From Gordius albopunctatus (taxonomy: Eukaryota), in the NCBI GenBank assembly GCA_964276515.1, contig OZ193909.1:744001-808000 (forward strand): a stretch of DNA of 64,000 bases. The letters are read 5' to 3'. The notes beneath the pieces were generated by a model that saw only the letters and a program-made list of their open reading frames with translations, did no database searches and had not been told where the DNA came from. The position numbers and the translations under genes are program-made. The first letter of the stretch is position 1, and the number at the start of each line of letters is the position of its first letter. This document shows positions 62,340 to 64,000 of the stretch, piece after piece.

Positions 62340-63427
62340 TAAACCAGGGGCTTTGCCGATGCAGGGTGTTTTTGGGACTTACACCTAGCACCGTATAAAC
62401 GTAGCACATTTGTTATGCAATTTATGGGCGAGAAAAGGGGGGCGGGAGTCGATAATGTCTTTGAAGGGGGAGGATTTATACCGTGCTAAATGGCCAAACA
62501 ATAGGTGAGAACCAATAAAATTTCCAAAGCGGGTATCAATATTAGACAAAAGAAGGCATATCATAATTTTTTGTGAATAGTTAGTACAAAAACAAAAGCA
62601 CCAGGCTCGGGGTCGACCTAAGAGCAATAAACAAAAATTTACAGGACTCAAATTTTGCTTAAACAGGAAATTCTGAGGAAGCTGGTACACGTGATTCTGG
62701 CACGCGTAAGATTTTCTTTAGATACCGCTTGCCTTAGTTTAGCATTTATATTAGTATTCCTTTCAAATCTACAAAGGAAACTTTGGGGCTACACTTGCCC
62801 CTTTTAGACGAGCTTCACCCCTCACTGCTTTATATAAATGATAATTAACAATTTTAAAATGCTAAATACCCATAGATTAGGTAAGTATATTGAGGGTCAG
62901 GTATTAATGGTGGGTAGATGCGTTATTTCCATTCATTTCAACTGAGGGGAAAGGGGCAAAAAATATATTTTTGGGTAGCTGCCCATACCAACAATAATTA
63001 ACAAAACAGTCACAGAAAATTTGAAGCTAGAATACCATAAGTATCAAAACCTGCAGACATGAAAATAACAAAGGATTTGGTTTGGGCCCTTGGCTGGGGT
63101 CAGACTCATCAATTAATTTGCAAAGAATTATTTAACTTTTCGCAATTATTCATTATAAAGCATCAGCCTAGAAATATTGTCAAAACAAATTTTTGGTTAA
63201 AAGTAATCAGTTAGGTTCAAAAACAAATATAAAAGTTGGTCTCGGGCGACGTCTAAATATTTAAGCCAACCAGCGGTGATTAGCTAGTCTAAATGCAAAA
63301 GCAAAATAAAAGTTTTTTATAGAAGCATAAGTCACCATCCATTAAAAATTCTAATCTTCAATAGTAATTATTAAAAAATAGACAGGAAGGACGTACAACC
63401 AAAAACAAGCCTATAAATTGCATCATT
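62340..63427 (-). mobile_element. Diverged Helentron/DINE-1-like copy on the minus strand
   Basis: ccgtataaacgtagcacatttgttatgcaatttatgggcg (62391) is the reverse complement of the family 3' block. cctataaattgcat (63410) and ggaaggacg match the 5' block. Confidence 0.65.
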
Positions 63428-64000
63428 TTATATTAGTAAATGCCATCGCAATTGCATTGGCTATTCACCAATTATAGAATTAAAAATTGTATATTAAAAA
63501 CTGTCATAAAAAGTCTAGTTTAGCCAAAAAATTAAGGTCACATTTTAAATTTTTACCCCAATCTACCTACTTATTTGCATTATTAACTTTGTAAATCTCT
63601 ACACAAGTTAAATGCCCAGGCCAAATCCGGTTTAATAAATATAATTTTATTACCCTTACACACATATTTTAAAGAAAAAACACAAAGAAGTTAATCATTG
63701 GGAACTTGTGGCTATTTTCTTTAAGATCATTCAATCGGAAAACATTTCATGTTTTAATAGTTTAATTTAAAGCTATTCCATAAAAAAAATGCCATCATCT
63801 GCTGTGTTTTTTATATGGGACGGATGTTTTGCAAGACTAAATTTCTTAAAATGCAAAATATTATATTTACTAGTTTTTCTTAAATATTGTATTGCCCCAT
63901 TTATAAACTCTGATTTGGAATTCTTTAGATTTATCTCAAGGTATCTGGAATAATTCAAAACTTTTTATGCATAATCAGTTAGAACTTTTCAGCACAACTA

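Overview
AT-rich, intron-containing eukaryotic DNA, most likely from an invertebrate animal. Introns of 35-45 nt sit next to introns inflated by transposons. Spliced host genes reconstructed by hand: a class-3 aldehyde dehydrogenase (5' part, running off the window), a small heat-shock protein, shugoshin, a complete 16-exon glycogen branching enzyme (GBE1), and an orphan secreted protein built from symmetric phase-1 exons. A recent 5.3-kb tandem duplication carries a two-TM PPxY membrane protein and a hidden antistasin-like Cys-rich secreted peptide. A ~2.5-kb near-identical inverted duplication copies the last four shugoshin exons and the 3' end of a dead piggyBac. The rest is mostly decayed mobile DNA: Gypsy, CRE-like and RTE-like retroelements, piggyBac, a hAT transposase, solo LTRs, nested hAT MITEs with 8-bp TSDs, and Helentron/DINE-1-like elements with internal higher-order tandem repeats. 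All calls come from reading the sequence; no database searches were run.
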